The notes beneath the pieces are model-generated. The model saw only the letters and a program-made list of their open reading frames with translations. It searched no databases and was not told the origin of the DNA. The position numbers and the translations under genes were made by a program. Positions 27,461 through 39,337 of a DNA stretch of 64,000 nucleotides are shown piece by piece. Each line of letters begins with the position of its first letter. Position 1 is the stretch's first letter. This DNA comes from Thermoplasmata archaeon (GTDB lineage Archaea; Thermoplasmatota; Thermoplasmata; Lutacidiplasmatales; UBA184): the NCBI GenBank assembly GCA_021817245.1, contig JAKAVQ010000002.1:14721-78720 (forward strand), read 5' to 3'.

Positions 27461-28534
27461 ATGGCGCGTCCGAGGTTCGGCACCTTCTCGATCGTCGCGT
27501 ACGAACGCGAGACCGCGACCTGGGGCGTCGCGGTGCAATCGAAGTTCCTCTCCGTCGGGGCGGTCGTGCCGTGGGCCGAAGCCGGCGCCGGGGCGATCGC
27601 GACGCAGGCGCTCGCGAACGTCGCCTACGGGCGGGACGGGCTCGCGCTCCTGCGCAAGGGCGTCCGCGCCCCGGAGGTCGTCCGGCGGCTGACCGACGCG
27701 GACCCGGGCCGGGACGAGCGGCAGCTCGGCGTCGTCGACGTGCGGGGGGAAGCGGCGTCGTTCACGGGGGCGAAGTGCATGGAGTGGGCGGGCCACGAGG
27801 TCGGGGACGGCTTCGCCTGCCAGGGGAACATCCTCTTCGGTCCCGCGGTCGTCCGCGCGATGGCCCGATCGTTCGAGTCGACCGGCGGGGACATCCTCGA
27901 CCGCCTCCTCGCGGCGCTCGCCGCCGGCCAGCGGGAGGGCGGCGACCGCCGGGGGATGCAGTCGGCGGCCCTCCTCGCCGTCCGCGCGGGCGGGGCGTAC
28001 GGGGGCGGCGGGGACCGGTGGGTTGACGTCCGGGTCGACGACCACCCGTCGCCGATCGAGGAGCTCAAGCGGATCTTCGCGCTCTACGACCTGACGATGC
28101 TCGACCGCGAGGACCCGTCCGCGCTCCTCGCGATCGACGCCGAGGTCGCCCGCGAGCTGCAGCACGACCTCTCCGTCCTCGGCTACTACACCGGCCGCTG
28201 GACCGGGGCGTGGGACGACGCGAGCCGGGCCGCGTTCGCCCGGTTCATCGGCGAGCACAACTTCGAGAACAAGCAACGCGCCGACGACAAGGTCTGGCGC
28301 TCGATCGTCGGCTACTTGCGCGAACGGGCGTCGGCCGAGGTGGCGCGCCGCTCGCGCGCCGCTCCGATCGTGGCCCACGCGCTCGACCGCGGGCCGGGAG
28401 CGGACCCCCACGCGGTGGCGGGGGCGTCCCCGGCGACGGCCCCGCGGAGCGTCCCGCCGGTAGCCCCGGTCGGGGCGGCGGGAGGAGGCGGACGATCCCC
28501 GACGCCGAAGAAGCGCGCGCGCCGCTCGAAGTGA
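27461..28534 (+). CDS. DUF1028 (Ntn-hydrolase-like) protein with C-terminal PG_binding_1-like domain
   Basis: GGAGGG RBS + ATG. FGTFSIVAYERETATWGVAVQSKFLSVGAVVPWAEAGAGAIATQA is the DUF1028 N-terminus. C-terminus …LQHDLSVLGYYTGRWTGAWDDASRAAFARFIGE resembles a peptidoglycan-binding-like three-helix domain. Confidence 0.8.
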   Translation: MARPRFGTFSIVAYERETATWGVAVQSKFLSVGAVVPWAEAGAGAIATQALANVAYGRDGLALLRKGVRAPEVVRRLTDADPGRDERQLGVVDVRGEAASFTGAKCMEWAGHEVGDGFACQGNILFGPAVVRAMARSFESTGGDILDRLLAALAAGQREGGDRRGMQSAALLAVRAGGAYGGGGDRWVDVRVDDHPSPIEELKRIFALYDLTMLDREDPSALLAIDAEVARELQHDLSVLGYYTGRWTGAWDDASRAAFARFIGEHNFENKQRADDKVWRSIVGYLRERASAEVARRSRAAPIVAHALDRGPGADPHAVAGASPATAPRSVPPVAPVGAAGGGGRSPTPKKRARRSK

Positions 28535-28761
28535 CGGTCGACCTCGAGCACCGGTGCGCGAGCCCCGAGGAGGCGTGCGCGCTCGTCGCCGCGGTCGCGC
28601 CGGACGACCCCGCCTACGTCGCGGTCTCCGTCGAAGGCGCGACGATCCGGGTCCGCGTGCGCGCCGGATCCGCGGCGAGCGCCCGCGCGACGTTCGAGGA
28701 CCTGTTGGCGGGGTTCGCGGTCGCCGAGCGGACGCACCGCGGCGCGACGGTCCCCCGCTAG
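28531..28761 (+). CDS. KEOPS subunit Pcc1-like protein (76 aa)
   Basis: GTG overlapping DUF1028 stop (GTGA). VTVDLEHRCASPEEACALVAAVAPDDPAYVAVSVEGATIRVRVRAGSAASARATFEDLLAGFAVAE fits the Pcc1/CTAG pattern: beta-strand, EEA helix, V.VEG..L.V….A.D..SLRA…. Confidence 0.55.
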   Translation: MTVDLEHRCASPEEACALVAAVAPDDPAYVAVSVEGATIRVRVRAGSAASARATFEDLLAGFAVAERTHRGATVPR

Positions 28762-30578
28762 CCCTCTTGCGCCGCAAGTGCGCGCGCGAGCGGCTCGGCG
28801 AGCTGCGGGACGACCTCCTCGAGCGGGCCGACGATCCCGACGTCGGCCTCGCGGAAGACCGCGGCGTCGGCGGAGCGGTCGACCGCGAGGATCGTTCCCG
28901 CGCGACGCCAGCCGACCATGTGGTTCGGCGACCCCGAGACCCCGAGCAGCACCGCGAGGCGGGGAGCGAACGACCGGCCGGTGAGGCCGAGCTGGTGCTG
29001 CCGCGGGACCCAGCCTGCGTCGACGACCCGGCGCGTGGCGACCAGGCCGGCGTTCCACCGGTCGAGCACGGAGCGGAGGCGGGCGATCCCCTCGGGCCCG
29101 CCGACCCCCATCCCGACCGCGACCAGGACCTCCCGTCGGGCGAGGCCCGCCGCGTCGCCGCCCTCCGCCCCCGAGGCGACGCGTCGGACCTCGGTGCGGA
29201 CGGGGACGCGCGCGATCGACGACCAGCCGAAACCGCCGTCGGCCGGACCGTCGGGCGGAGGCGCGAACGCGCCCGGGCGCACGGTCGCGAGGGCGGGGCG
29301 CCCGCGCACCGTGATCTCGGCGAGCGTCCGGCCACCGAACGACGGTTTCGTGAAGACGAGGCCGAGCGCGGGGTCGAGGCGTACGGCGGTCGCGTCGCCC
29401 ACGAGGCCGAGCCCCCGGCGCGCCGCGACAGTACCCGCGACCTCCCGACCGAACGGGTCGGCGGAGACGAGGAGCGCCGAGACTTCGGGACGGTGGGTGA
29501 GGAGCGCCTCGGCGGCCCGCGCGAAGCCGCCCGCGTCGGGGAGCGGTTCGGTGGTGGGAACGTGCCAGCCGCCGAGCGCGCCGGCGCGGCCGAGCCGGAA
29601 CGTCGCCGCCTCGGTCGGGGGCCGGCCGACCCATACGGCCGACGGCCAGCGACCGGGAAGCGCGCGCCGTACCTCGGCGATCCGGTCGAGCGCGGACGGG
29701 TCGAGCTCCCCGTCGTCGCCGTTCGCGAGGACGAGGACCTCCGCCGACGGTAGCCGGGCCGACGGCGGCGGCCGGAACAAAAGCGCCGTCGGCCGCGGGG
29801 CCCCAAGGCGGCCCGAAAGGACGCGAACGGCCCCGGCGACGCGGTCGGCCACGGTCCCCTCGGCGAAGACGGTCGGCGAGCGGAACGACGCGGCCGGGAT
29901 CAGGCTCCCGACGACCGTCGGGGAGCCGGCGGCCCCGACGTCGCTCGGGTCGACCCCGAGCGCGTCAAGCGATCGGATCTCGACCCGCGCCGGGTCGACG
30001 GGCGGGGCGTCGGGGCCCGGCCGCAGCGGCTTTCCGACCTTCTCGCCGACGCTCACGACCGCCGGACCGTCCCGCCGGTAGGTGGCCCAGCCGGTCGGGG
30101 TGTCGACCGTGACCTCGAGGCCCGGGCCCTCGGGGTCGCGTCGGACGGCGCGCGCCTCCGAGAGTACGGGGACGCCGAGCAGCGCGGCGACCTCGGCCGG
30201 CACCTGGCCCGTATCGCTGTCGGTCGACCGGGCCCCCGCGACGACGAGCCCGAAGCCGATCGAACGAACCGCGGCGGCGATCGTGCGCGCGGTGGCGAGC
30301 GTGTCCGACCCCGCGAGCGCAGGGTCGCTCGCGAGGAGCACCCGGTCCGCGCCGACCGCGAGCGCCTCGCAAAGGGGGCGGCGGGTCGCCGGGGGGCCGA
30401 CCGAGACGACCGTGACCGACTCGCCGGGGCGGCGGAGCTCGAGCGCGACGCGGAGCGCGCGCTGGTCGAACGGGTTCAGGACAAGATCGACCCCGTCCCG
30501 GACGAGCCGGAGCCGTTCCGGGTCGAAGCGCACCGCGTCGGAGCGGGGCACGACCTTCGCGAGGACCACCCACTCCAC
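28758..30578 (-). CDS. electron transfer flavoprotein, fused beta-alpha subunits (EtfBA) in one ORF
   Basis: N-terminal EtfB-like (VEWVVLAKVVP…RFDPE…LNPFDQRALRVALEL…) continuous with EtfA-like (…EVLVLANGDD…LVAVGMGVGG…RVVDAGWVPRQHQLGLTGRSFAPRLAVLLGVSGSPNHMVGW…) with no intervening stop. In-frame GTG 30578 proposed. Confidence 0.7.
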   Translation of the reverse strand: MEWVVLAKVVPRSDAVRFDPERLRLVRDGVDLVLNPFDQRALRVALELRRPGESVTVVSVGPPATRRPLCEALAVGADRVLLASDPALAGSDTLATARTIAAAVRSIGFGLVVAGARSTDSDTGQVPAEVAALLGVPVLSEARAVRRDPEGPGLEVTVDTPTGWATYRRDGPAVVSVGEKVGKPLRPGPDAPPVDPARVEIRSLDALGVDPSDVGAAGSPTVVGSLIPAASFRSPTVFAEGTVADRVAGAVRVLSGRLGAPRPTALLFRPPPSARLPSAEVLVLANGDDGELDPSALDRIAEVRRALPGRWPSAVWVGRPPTEAATFRLGRAGALGGWHVPTTEPLPDAGGFARAAEALLTHRPEVSALLVSADPFGREVAGTVAARRGLGLVGDATAVRLDPALGLVFTKPSFGGRTLAEITVRGRPALATVRPGAFAPPPDGPADGGFGWSSIARVPVRTEVRRVASGAEGGDAAGLARREVLVAVGMGVGGPEGIARLRSVLDRWNAGLVATRRVVDAGWVPRQHQLGLTGRSFAPRLAVLLGVSGSPNHMVGWRRAGTILAVDRSADAAVFREADVGIVGPLEEVVPQLAEPLARALAAQEG

Positions 30579-30640
30579 CCGGACCGACCCCGTGGGCCGA
30601 GAAGCGAAGCGCGGATAAGGGCGGCCCGGAGTCTCGGCGC

Positions 30641-31519
30641 GTGGACGCGCCCCGCCCTCCCTCGGCTCGCGCGCCGTTCCGGCCCGCACCGATCGGCCGG
30701 TACGCCGGCGCGGTCGCGGCGACCGTCCTGGCCGTCCTGAGCCAGTACGTCGTCCCGTCGGCGTTCCCCGCGACGCGGGTCCTCTACGGCAACCTCGCGG
30801 GGGACCTCGCGATCGTCTACGGGGTCCCGGTCCTCGCGTTCGCGCTGCTCGTCGGCACCGGTCCGCTGCGCGACTGGCACGCGCGGATGGGCCGGGCGAC
30901 CTGGGAGGGACTGCGGTGGTACGGCCTATTGTTCCTGCTCTCGCTCCTCGTGATCGCGCTCCTCACCGCGGTCTACCTCGCGGTCGACCCCGGCGCGCTG
31001 CGGCTGCTCAGCCGCGAGAACCCGGCCCTCGCGCAGGCGCAGGGGAACCCGTGGTTCTTCGTCGGCTTCTCGTTCGTCATCGGGGCGTTCGAGGAGACGA
31101 TCTTCCGCGGATGGATCTTCGGCTACTGGAGGGACCGGGGGGTTCGCTGGTTCGGTCCCGCGACCTGGACGAGCGCCCTCTTCGCCGCGGTCCACCTCTA
31201 CTACGGAACGACGTACGGCGCGGCGGCGCCGCTCGTCTTCCCGACGCTCTTCCTGACGGGGTTCGCGTTCGCGGCGACGTACACGTTCTCGGGCGGCAAC
31301 CTCGTCGTCCCCTCGCTCCTTCACGGCGCGAACGACGCCTCCGCGTTCCTGACGCTCATCGCGCCCGTGGCGGGGGTCGCGATCCGGCTCGGGATCGTGC
31401 TCGTCGGGGTGGTGATCGGGCTCGTGCAGTTCGTGCGCCCGCCGTCCGAGCCCCTTCGTCCGATCGGCGGGTTCCCCGGACCCGCGCCCGGCGCCCCGGC
31501 GGCCGGCCCGCGGACCTAG
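30641..31519 (+). CDS. CPBP family intramembrane glutamic endopeptidase (CAAX protease/Abi)
   Basis: EETIFRGW (motif 1) and FAAVH (motif 2), multi-TM. Confidence 0.8.
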   Translation: MDAPRPPSARAPFRPAPIGRYAGAVAATVLAVLSQYVVPSAFPATRVLYGNLAGDLAIVYGVPVLAFALLVGTGPLRDWHARMGRATWEGLRWYGLLFLLSLLVIALLTAVYLAVDPGALRLLSRENPALAQAQGNPWFFVGFSFVIGAFEETIFRGWIFGYWRDRGVRWFGPATWTSALFAAVHLYYGTTYGAAAPLVFPTLFLTGFAFAATYTFSGGNLVVPSLLHGANDASAFLTLIAPVAGVAIRLGIVLVGVVIGLVQFVRPPSEPLRPIGGFPGPAPGAPAAGPRT

Positions 31520-31750
31520 TTCGGGGGAGGACCCGACCGAGACCGCCCCCCCCGCTGCGGCCCGGCCGACCGAGATGCGCTTCCGCCCGGCCGAGGTCGG
31601 GCCTTTCGGAGCGGGTCGATGTCGCGGGGGTCGCGGCCCCGAAGCCGAGAACGCTGGGGGACGGGGGCCTGCGCACCGGGAACCGACGGTCCCCCGGCGC
31701 CCGCGTCGGCCCGTCACGGTCATGTAAGCCGCTCGGATTCCCACGGGTCG

Positions 31751-32185
31751 ATGTTGAGCGACCGGGAGCTCACGGAGATCCTCTCGCGGGCCCGTACGAT
31801 CGCGGTCGTCGGGCTCTCCGACAAGCCCGAGCGCGACTCGAACGAGGTGGCGCGCTACCTCAGGTCGGTAGGGTATCGGATCGTCCCCGTCAACCCGATG
31901 CTGCCCCGGGTTCTCGGCGAGACGTCGTTCCCGTCCGTCGCCGCGATCCCCTCCGACATCCCGATCGACATCGTCGACATCTTCCGCCGCAGCGACCAGG
32001 TCCCCCCGGTCGTCGACGACGCCGTGCGCCGCGGCGCCAAGGTCCTCTGGATGCAGCTCGGCGTCGAGCACGCGGAGGCCGCGGCCCGCGCCCGAGCCGC
32101 CGGTGCGGCCGTCATCGAGAACCGGTGCATCATGGTCGAGCACCGCCGCCTCCGGATCCCCCCGGCGCCCGGCCCGGCGGCCTAG
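31751..32185 (+). CDS. CoA-binding domain protein (YccU-like)
   Basis: MLSDRELTEIL…TIAVVGLSDKPERDSNEVARYL…GYRIVPVNP… CoA_binding fold. Internal ATG of ORF 31619. Confidence 0.8.
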   Translation: MLSDRELTEILSRARTIAVVGLSDKPERDSNEVARYLRSVGYRIVPVNPMLPRVLGETSFPSVAAIPSDIPIDIVDIFRRSDQVPPVVDDAVRRGAKVLWMQLGVEHAEAAARARAAGAAVIENRCIMVEHRRLRIPPAPGPAA

Positions 32186-32196
32186 CGCGCACGACG

Positions 32197-32982
32197 ATGT
32201 CGGCGACCGTTGCTCCCCCCCGCACCGTCGCCCCCGAACCGCCGTCGGCGCCCCGGACCGGCCGCCTCGTCGACCGCGGAACGGTCCGTCGGGAGGGGGT
32301 TCGGGCCGATGCGTGGAGCGTCCGCGGCGTCGCCAAGGTCACCCGGGACGTCGACGTCGGGCGGGCCGACCTCGACGGCGTCGTCTCGGTCGCCGGCCAC
32401 CTGTCGGCCGAGGCGGTGCGGGCCCGCGGGACGCTCGAGGTCTACGGCGCGGTCGACGTCCGCGGGACGTTCGAGGCGCGGGGGAACGTTCGGGTCGGCG
32501 GCGTCGTGCACGCGGTCGACCTCGACCTTGACGGCCCGAACCGGTTCGACGGCGCGCTCTCGGTCGACCGGCGCGCCCACGTCCGGGGCCTCTTGCACGC
32601 GCCGTCCTTCGACGGCGGGCTCCTCGAGATCGACGGCTCGGCGACCGTGGCGGGGGAACTGCGGGCGCTCCACGTGCGGGCCGACCTCTCCGGGACGTCG
32701 GAGCTCGGCACGGTCCTCGCGCGGAGCGTACGGGTGCACGGCCACAGCCCGAACCTCCTCGACAAGGCCCTCTTCCGCGAGGCCCGCGCGTCCGTGACGC
32801 GCATCGAAGCCGAGTCGGTCGACCTCGCGAACGTGCGGGTCGGCTTCGTCCGGGCGACGGCGCTCGTCCTCGGTCCCGGGGCCCACGTGACGACCGTCGA
32901 GGGGACCGTGGTGCGGCGCCACCCGAGGAGCCGGGTCGGACCGGAATCGGAGAGCGTCCCGCCGTTCGGCCTCCGCCGCTGA
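32197..32982 (+). CDS. bactofilin-like (polymer-forming cytoskeletal, beta-helical) protein
   Basis: Start MSATVAPP… inside ORF 30916..32982. Repeated ~18-residue units with V/G periodicity (…VSVAGHLSAEAVRARGTLEVYGAVDVRGTFEARGNVRVGGVVHAVDLDLDG…SVDRRAHVRGLLHA…) characteristic of the bactofilin beta-helix. Competing frames look worse. Confidence 0.55.
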   Translation: MSATVAPPRTVAPEPPSAPRTGRLVDRGTVRREGVRADAWSVRGVAKVTRDVDVGRADLDGVVSVAGHLSAEAVRARGTLEVYGAVDVRGTFEARGNVRVGGVVHAVDLDLDGPNRFDGALSVDRRAHVRGLLHAPSFDGGLLEIDGSATVAGELRALHVRADLSGTSELGTVLARSVRVHGHSPNLLDKALFREARASVTRIEAESVDLANVRVGFVRATALVLGPGAHVTTVEGTVVRRHPRSRVGPESESVPPFGLRR

Positions 32983-33000
32983 GCGCGGCCCTCGGCGGAC

Positions 33001-33032
33001 GGCTTTATCTTCCCGACGGAGGTCGGCGGCCG
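33001..33032 (+). promoter_or_regulatory. TATA-like element upstream of ileS (leaderless)
   Basis: ggCTTTATCTtcc about 25 nt before ATG 33033. Confidence 0.35.
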
Positions 33033-35999
<2,967 letters not shown>

Positions 36000-36667
36000 C
36001 GTCGGCGCCGCCGTCCGGCGACGCGGGGCCGACCGGCGTCTCTCGGACCACCTCCGCCTCGAACCGGCGCACGGTCGCGCCCGAGCGCCAGGCGCCGCGG
36101 TCGAGACCCGCCTTTTCGCACGCGCCGTCGAGGAACTCCTCGGCCGTCCACCCCATCTCGACCGCCACCTGCGGCAGGAGGAGGCCGCTCGCCCCTCCCG
36201 CGTCGACGATCAGGCCGTCCCGGCCGACCCGGACCGCCGCGACGAGGTCGCGCGGACGGGCGGCCCGGACCGGGACGGGGACCGTCAGGACCGAGACCTC
36301 GATCGCGAGGCGGGGGAGCTCTGCCGCCCGGACCGGACGGAAGCGCGGGTCCTCGGTCGCCGCCGCCACCGCCGCGCGCGGGAGCCCCGACCGTAGCGGC
36401 AGGACGGGGAGCGGGTAGCCGATGCAGCCGCGCAGGTCGTCGTTCGGCACGCGCTTCAGCGTGACGAAGACGCCGCGACGCTCGTCGAAGACCCTCGGCA
36501 ACGCCTCGGCCCGGAACGGGGCCGCCGGGTCGGCGGCCGGGTCGGGACCGAGGGCCCGCTCGATCGCCCGGCGCGAGAGCGAGAGCGCCGTCCGCCGCTC
36601 CTCCACCGAGAGCACGGGCCGGGGAGCGCGGGCCGCCCGAAAGCGGCTTCGGCCCGGCCCGGGCGCA

Positions 36668-36702
36668 GGTTTTATACGCGACGGCCCGTCCCCGCGTTCC
36701 CC
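36668..36702 (+). promoter_or_regulatory. archaeal TATA promoter for leaderless rpl40e
   Basis: ggTTTTATAcgcg at 36670-36682, ~25 nt upstream of ATG 36703. Confidence 0.45.
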
Positions 36703-36855
36703 ATGCCGTTCCCGGAAGCGGTCGAGCGACTGCTCAACAAGAAGGTCTGCATGAACTGCTCGGCCCGGAACCCGCCGAAGGCGGTCCAGTGCCGCCGTTG
36801 CGGCTACAAGGGGCTGCGCGTGAAGTCCCGCGAGCGTTCCGGCAAGACCGGATGA
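36703..36855 (+). CDS. rpl40e: 50S ribosomal protein L40e (50 aa; absent from ORF track)
   Basis: [50 protein letters not shown] matches archaeal L40e (…ARLLNKKICMRCNARNP…CRKCGYKGLR…). Followed by T-run atccTTTT. Confidence 0.85.
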   Translation: MPFPEAVERLLNKKVCMNCSARNPPKAVQCRRCGYKGLRVKSRERSGKTG

Positions 36856-36864
36856 TCCTTTTGG
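36856..36864 (+). terminator. oligo-T archaeal terminator-like tract after rpl40e
   Basis: gatgatccTTTTgg directly after the stop codon. Confidence 0.3.
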
Positions 36865-36871
36865 ACCCGCG

Positions 36872-37663
36872 TCACGGCGAGAGACCGTTCTCCGTCCCGC
36901 TACCGAAGGCGACCGGCGCTCCCCGGTGGGATTCCCGCGCGACGTCGAACCGCTTGCGCGAGAGGAAAAGGAGGTTCTGGAGGCCGTCGCGCCAGCTCGA
37001 GAGCTTCGGCGGACCCCAACGCTCCCGGTAGCGGATCGGCACCTCCAGGAACCGGGCGCCGCGCACGATCGCCTCGATCTTGAGCTCCTCGCTGAACGCC
37101 ATGCCGTCCTGGGTCAGGTGGACCCGGTCGAGCAGCGAGCGTCGGAACACCCAGAAGCCGCTCTGGCTGTCCTCGAGGACGCCGCCCGGGACGCCGCCGA
37201 GGTAGTGGTGGTAGGCGACGCGGACGAAGTAGTTCAGGACGCGGTTCCCGATCCGGTGCTCCGTCGTCATCGCCTTGCGGTCGAGGTACGCCATCCGGTT
37301 CCCCGTGAGGAAGTCGATCTTCTCGTCGAGGAGCTTCTTCACGAGGCCGGGGACCGTCTCCACGGGGTACGTCGCGTCCCCGTCCGAGGTCGCGATCACC
37401 TCCCCGCGCGCCGCGGCGAACCCGGTCCGGTACGCCCGCCCGTAGCCCCGCCGACGCTCGAGGATCACGCGGGCGCCCTCCGCCTCGGCGATCGCCGCGG
37501 TCCCGTCGGTCGACGCCCCGTCGACGACCAGGACCTCCCACTCCACGGGGTCGGCGGCGTAGACGGTCGCGTTCGCCTCGGCCGCCGCGGTCCGGAAGAG
37601 CCGGATCACGTGGGCGATCGACGGCGCCTCGTTGAGCGTCGGGACGACCAGCGTGACGCGCAT
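36872..37663 (-). CDS. dolichyl-phosphate hexose synthase-like GT2 glycosyltransferase (DPM1/AglJ/AglD-like)
   Basis: MRVTLVVPTLNEA…VLVVDGASTDGT…DGDATY (DXD)…GNRMAY… Internal ATG (top 'cat' 37661-37663) of ORF 36872..38146. Confidence 0.85.
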   Translation of the reverse strand: MRVTLVVPTLNEAPSIAHVIRLFRTAAAEANATVYAADPVEWEVLVVDGASTDGTAAIAEAEGARVILERRRGYGRAYRTGFAAARGEVIATSDGDATYPVETVPGLVKKLLDEKIDFLTGNRMAYLDRKAMTTEHRIGNRVLNYFVRVAYHHYLGGVPGGVLEDSQSGFWVFRRSLLDRVHLTQDGMAFSEELKIEAIVRGARFLEVPIRYRERWGPPKLSSWRDGLQNLLFLSRKRFDVARESHRGAPVAFGSGTENGLSP

Positions 37664-37732
37664 CGGTCCGCTTCGTTCAGTCCTCGACCGCTTAAAGTCT
37701 CGTGGGCCTCGGCCCGGAGGAGGAAGACGCCG

Positions 37733-38176
37733 ATGCCGGGCGACGCACCCCGCTCGCGGCGGCGACGCTGGGGGAGCTTCCCGACGACCGCGGACGTCGG
37801 CGTCCGGGCGACGGGAGCGACGGCGGCCGAGCTGTTCGAGGCGCTCGCCCTCGGCCTCGTCGCGCTGCGGACCGACCTGAGGAAGGTCCGCCCGACCGAG
37901 GAGCGGGCGGTGAGCGCGTCCGCCGAGGACACGCCGTCGCTCGTCGTCGCGTTCCTCGGCGAGATCCTCCTGCTCCAGGAGACGGACGGGTTCCTCGTCC
38001 GCGAGGTCACCGCGCGCCCGGTGGGCGACCCCCCGACCGCGATCGTCGCGCGCGTCGCGGGCGAGCGGTTCGACCCCCGGCGGCACACCGCGCGCGCCGA
38101 CGTGAAGGCGGTGACGTTCCACGGCCTCGTCTTCGACGCGCGGCACGGCCGGGCGCGCGTGATCGTCGACATCTAG
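37733..38176 (+). CDS. archease (RtcB tRNA-ligase cofactor)
   Basis: GGAGGAGG RBS + ATG. …ADVGVRATGATAAELFEALALGLVAL… N-terminus and …KAVTFHGLVFDARHGRARVIVDI C-terminus match the archease family. Divergent from the GT gene with cTTAAAGt TATA-like box between. Confidence 0.85.
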   Translation: MPGDAPRSRRRRWGSFPTTADVGVRATGATAAELFEALALGLVALRTDLRKVRPTEERAVSASAEDTPSLVVAFLGEILLLQETDGFLVREVTARPVGDPPTAIVARVAGERFDPRRHTARADVKAVTFHGLVFDARHGRARVIVDI

Positions 38177-38197
38177 GCGCCGCCGACGGCGGCGCCC

Positions 38198-39337
38198 CTA
38201 CGGCATCCGCTCGACGATCGCGCGGAGGGCCGACGCGGGCTCGCGTCCCCGGCCGGCCTTCGCGAGGACCCGCTCGAGCGCCGCGAACGTCACGAGGAGG
38301 TCCGGCCAGTCGGCGATCCCCATGTGGCCGATGCGGAAGATCCGCCCGGTGAGCGACCCCTGGCCCCCCTGGACGAGGACGTTGTACTGCCGCTCGAGCA
38401 CCTTGCGGAGCTCGGCGTCGCCCATCCCGGCCGGGTTCTGGACCGCGGTGACCGTGTCGGAGGCGAACCGACGGTCGGGGAACAGATCGAGGCCGAGCGC
38501 GTCGACGGCCGACCGGGTCGCCTCGGCGAGCCGGTGCGTCCGCTCGAGTCGCCGCTCGAGCCCCTCCTCGCGCAGCAGAAGGAGCGCCTCGCGCAGCGCG
38601 AGGAAGAGCGGCACGGCGGGGGTCCACGGGGTGTCGTTCTTCTCGAGCGACTTCAAGTGGGCCGCGAGGTCGAGGTAGAAGGTGCCCGGACGGAGCGCCG
38701 CGACCGCCCGGTCGGAGAGGTGGACGAGCGCGAGGCCCGCGGGCGCGGCGAGCCCCTTCTGGCTGCCCGCGACGACCGCGTCGACGCCCCACGCCTCGAT
38801 CGGGAGCGGGATCCCCGCGACCGCGCTGATCCCGTCGACGAGGAAGAGGGCGCCCGACGCCCGGACGGCGGGCGCGATCGCGGCGAGGTCGTTCGCGAGG
38901 CCGACGCTCGTCTCGTTGTGGACGACGCAGACGGCCTTCACGTCGCCCTTCTCGAGCTCCGCGCGGGCCCCGGCGACCGGGAACGGCTCGCCCCAGGCGG
39001 CGCTCACGGTCGTCACGCGGGCGGAGTATCGCCGCACGATCTGGTCGGTGCGCTCGCCGAAGTTCCCGTTCGTGACCACGAGCGTTCGCCCGTCGCGCGG
39101 AACGAGCGAGGAGTAGACCGACTCGAGGCCGGCGGTCCCGCTCCCCGTGAGGATGACCTGGTGGCCTTTCGCCCCGAACAGGACCGGGAGCAGCTCCCGG
39201 ATCTCCGCGACGATGCCGTGGAAGAAGTCGCCGCGGTGGTTGAGCGACGACATCGACATCGCGCGCAGCACCCGCGGGTGGATCCGCACGGGCCCGGCGA
39301 TCAGGAACGTCGTCGTCTCGGGGTCGAACGGCGTCAT
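38198..39337 (-). CDS. class V aminotransferase (serine-glyoxylate/alanine-glyoxylate or phosphoserine aminotransferase-like)
   Basis: MTPFDPETTTFLIAGPVRIHPRVL…SQKGLAAPAGLALV (PLP-Lys region). Class-V fold. Internal ATG of ORF 38198..40408. Confidence 0.85.
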   Translation of the reverse strand: MTPFDPETTTFLIAGPVRIHPRVLRAMSMSSLNHRGDFFHGIVAEIRELLPVLFGAKGHQVILTGSGTAGLESVYSSLVPRDGRTLVVTNGNFGERTDQIVRRYSARVTTVSAAWGEPFPVAGARAELEKGDVKAVCVVHNETSVGLANDLAAIAPAVRASGALFLVDGISAVAGIPLPIEAWGVDAVVAGSQKGLAAPAGLALVHLSDRAVAALRPGTFYLDLAAHLKSLEKNDTPWTPAVPLFLALREALLLLREEGLERRLERTHRLAEATRSAVDALGLDLFPDRRFASDTVTAVQNPAGMGDAELRKVLERQYNVLVQGGQGSLTGRIFRIGHMGIADWPDLLVTFAALERVLAKAGRGREPASALRAIVERMP

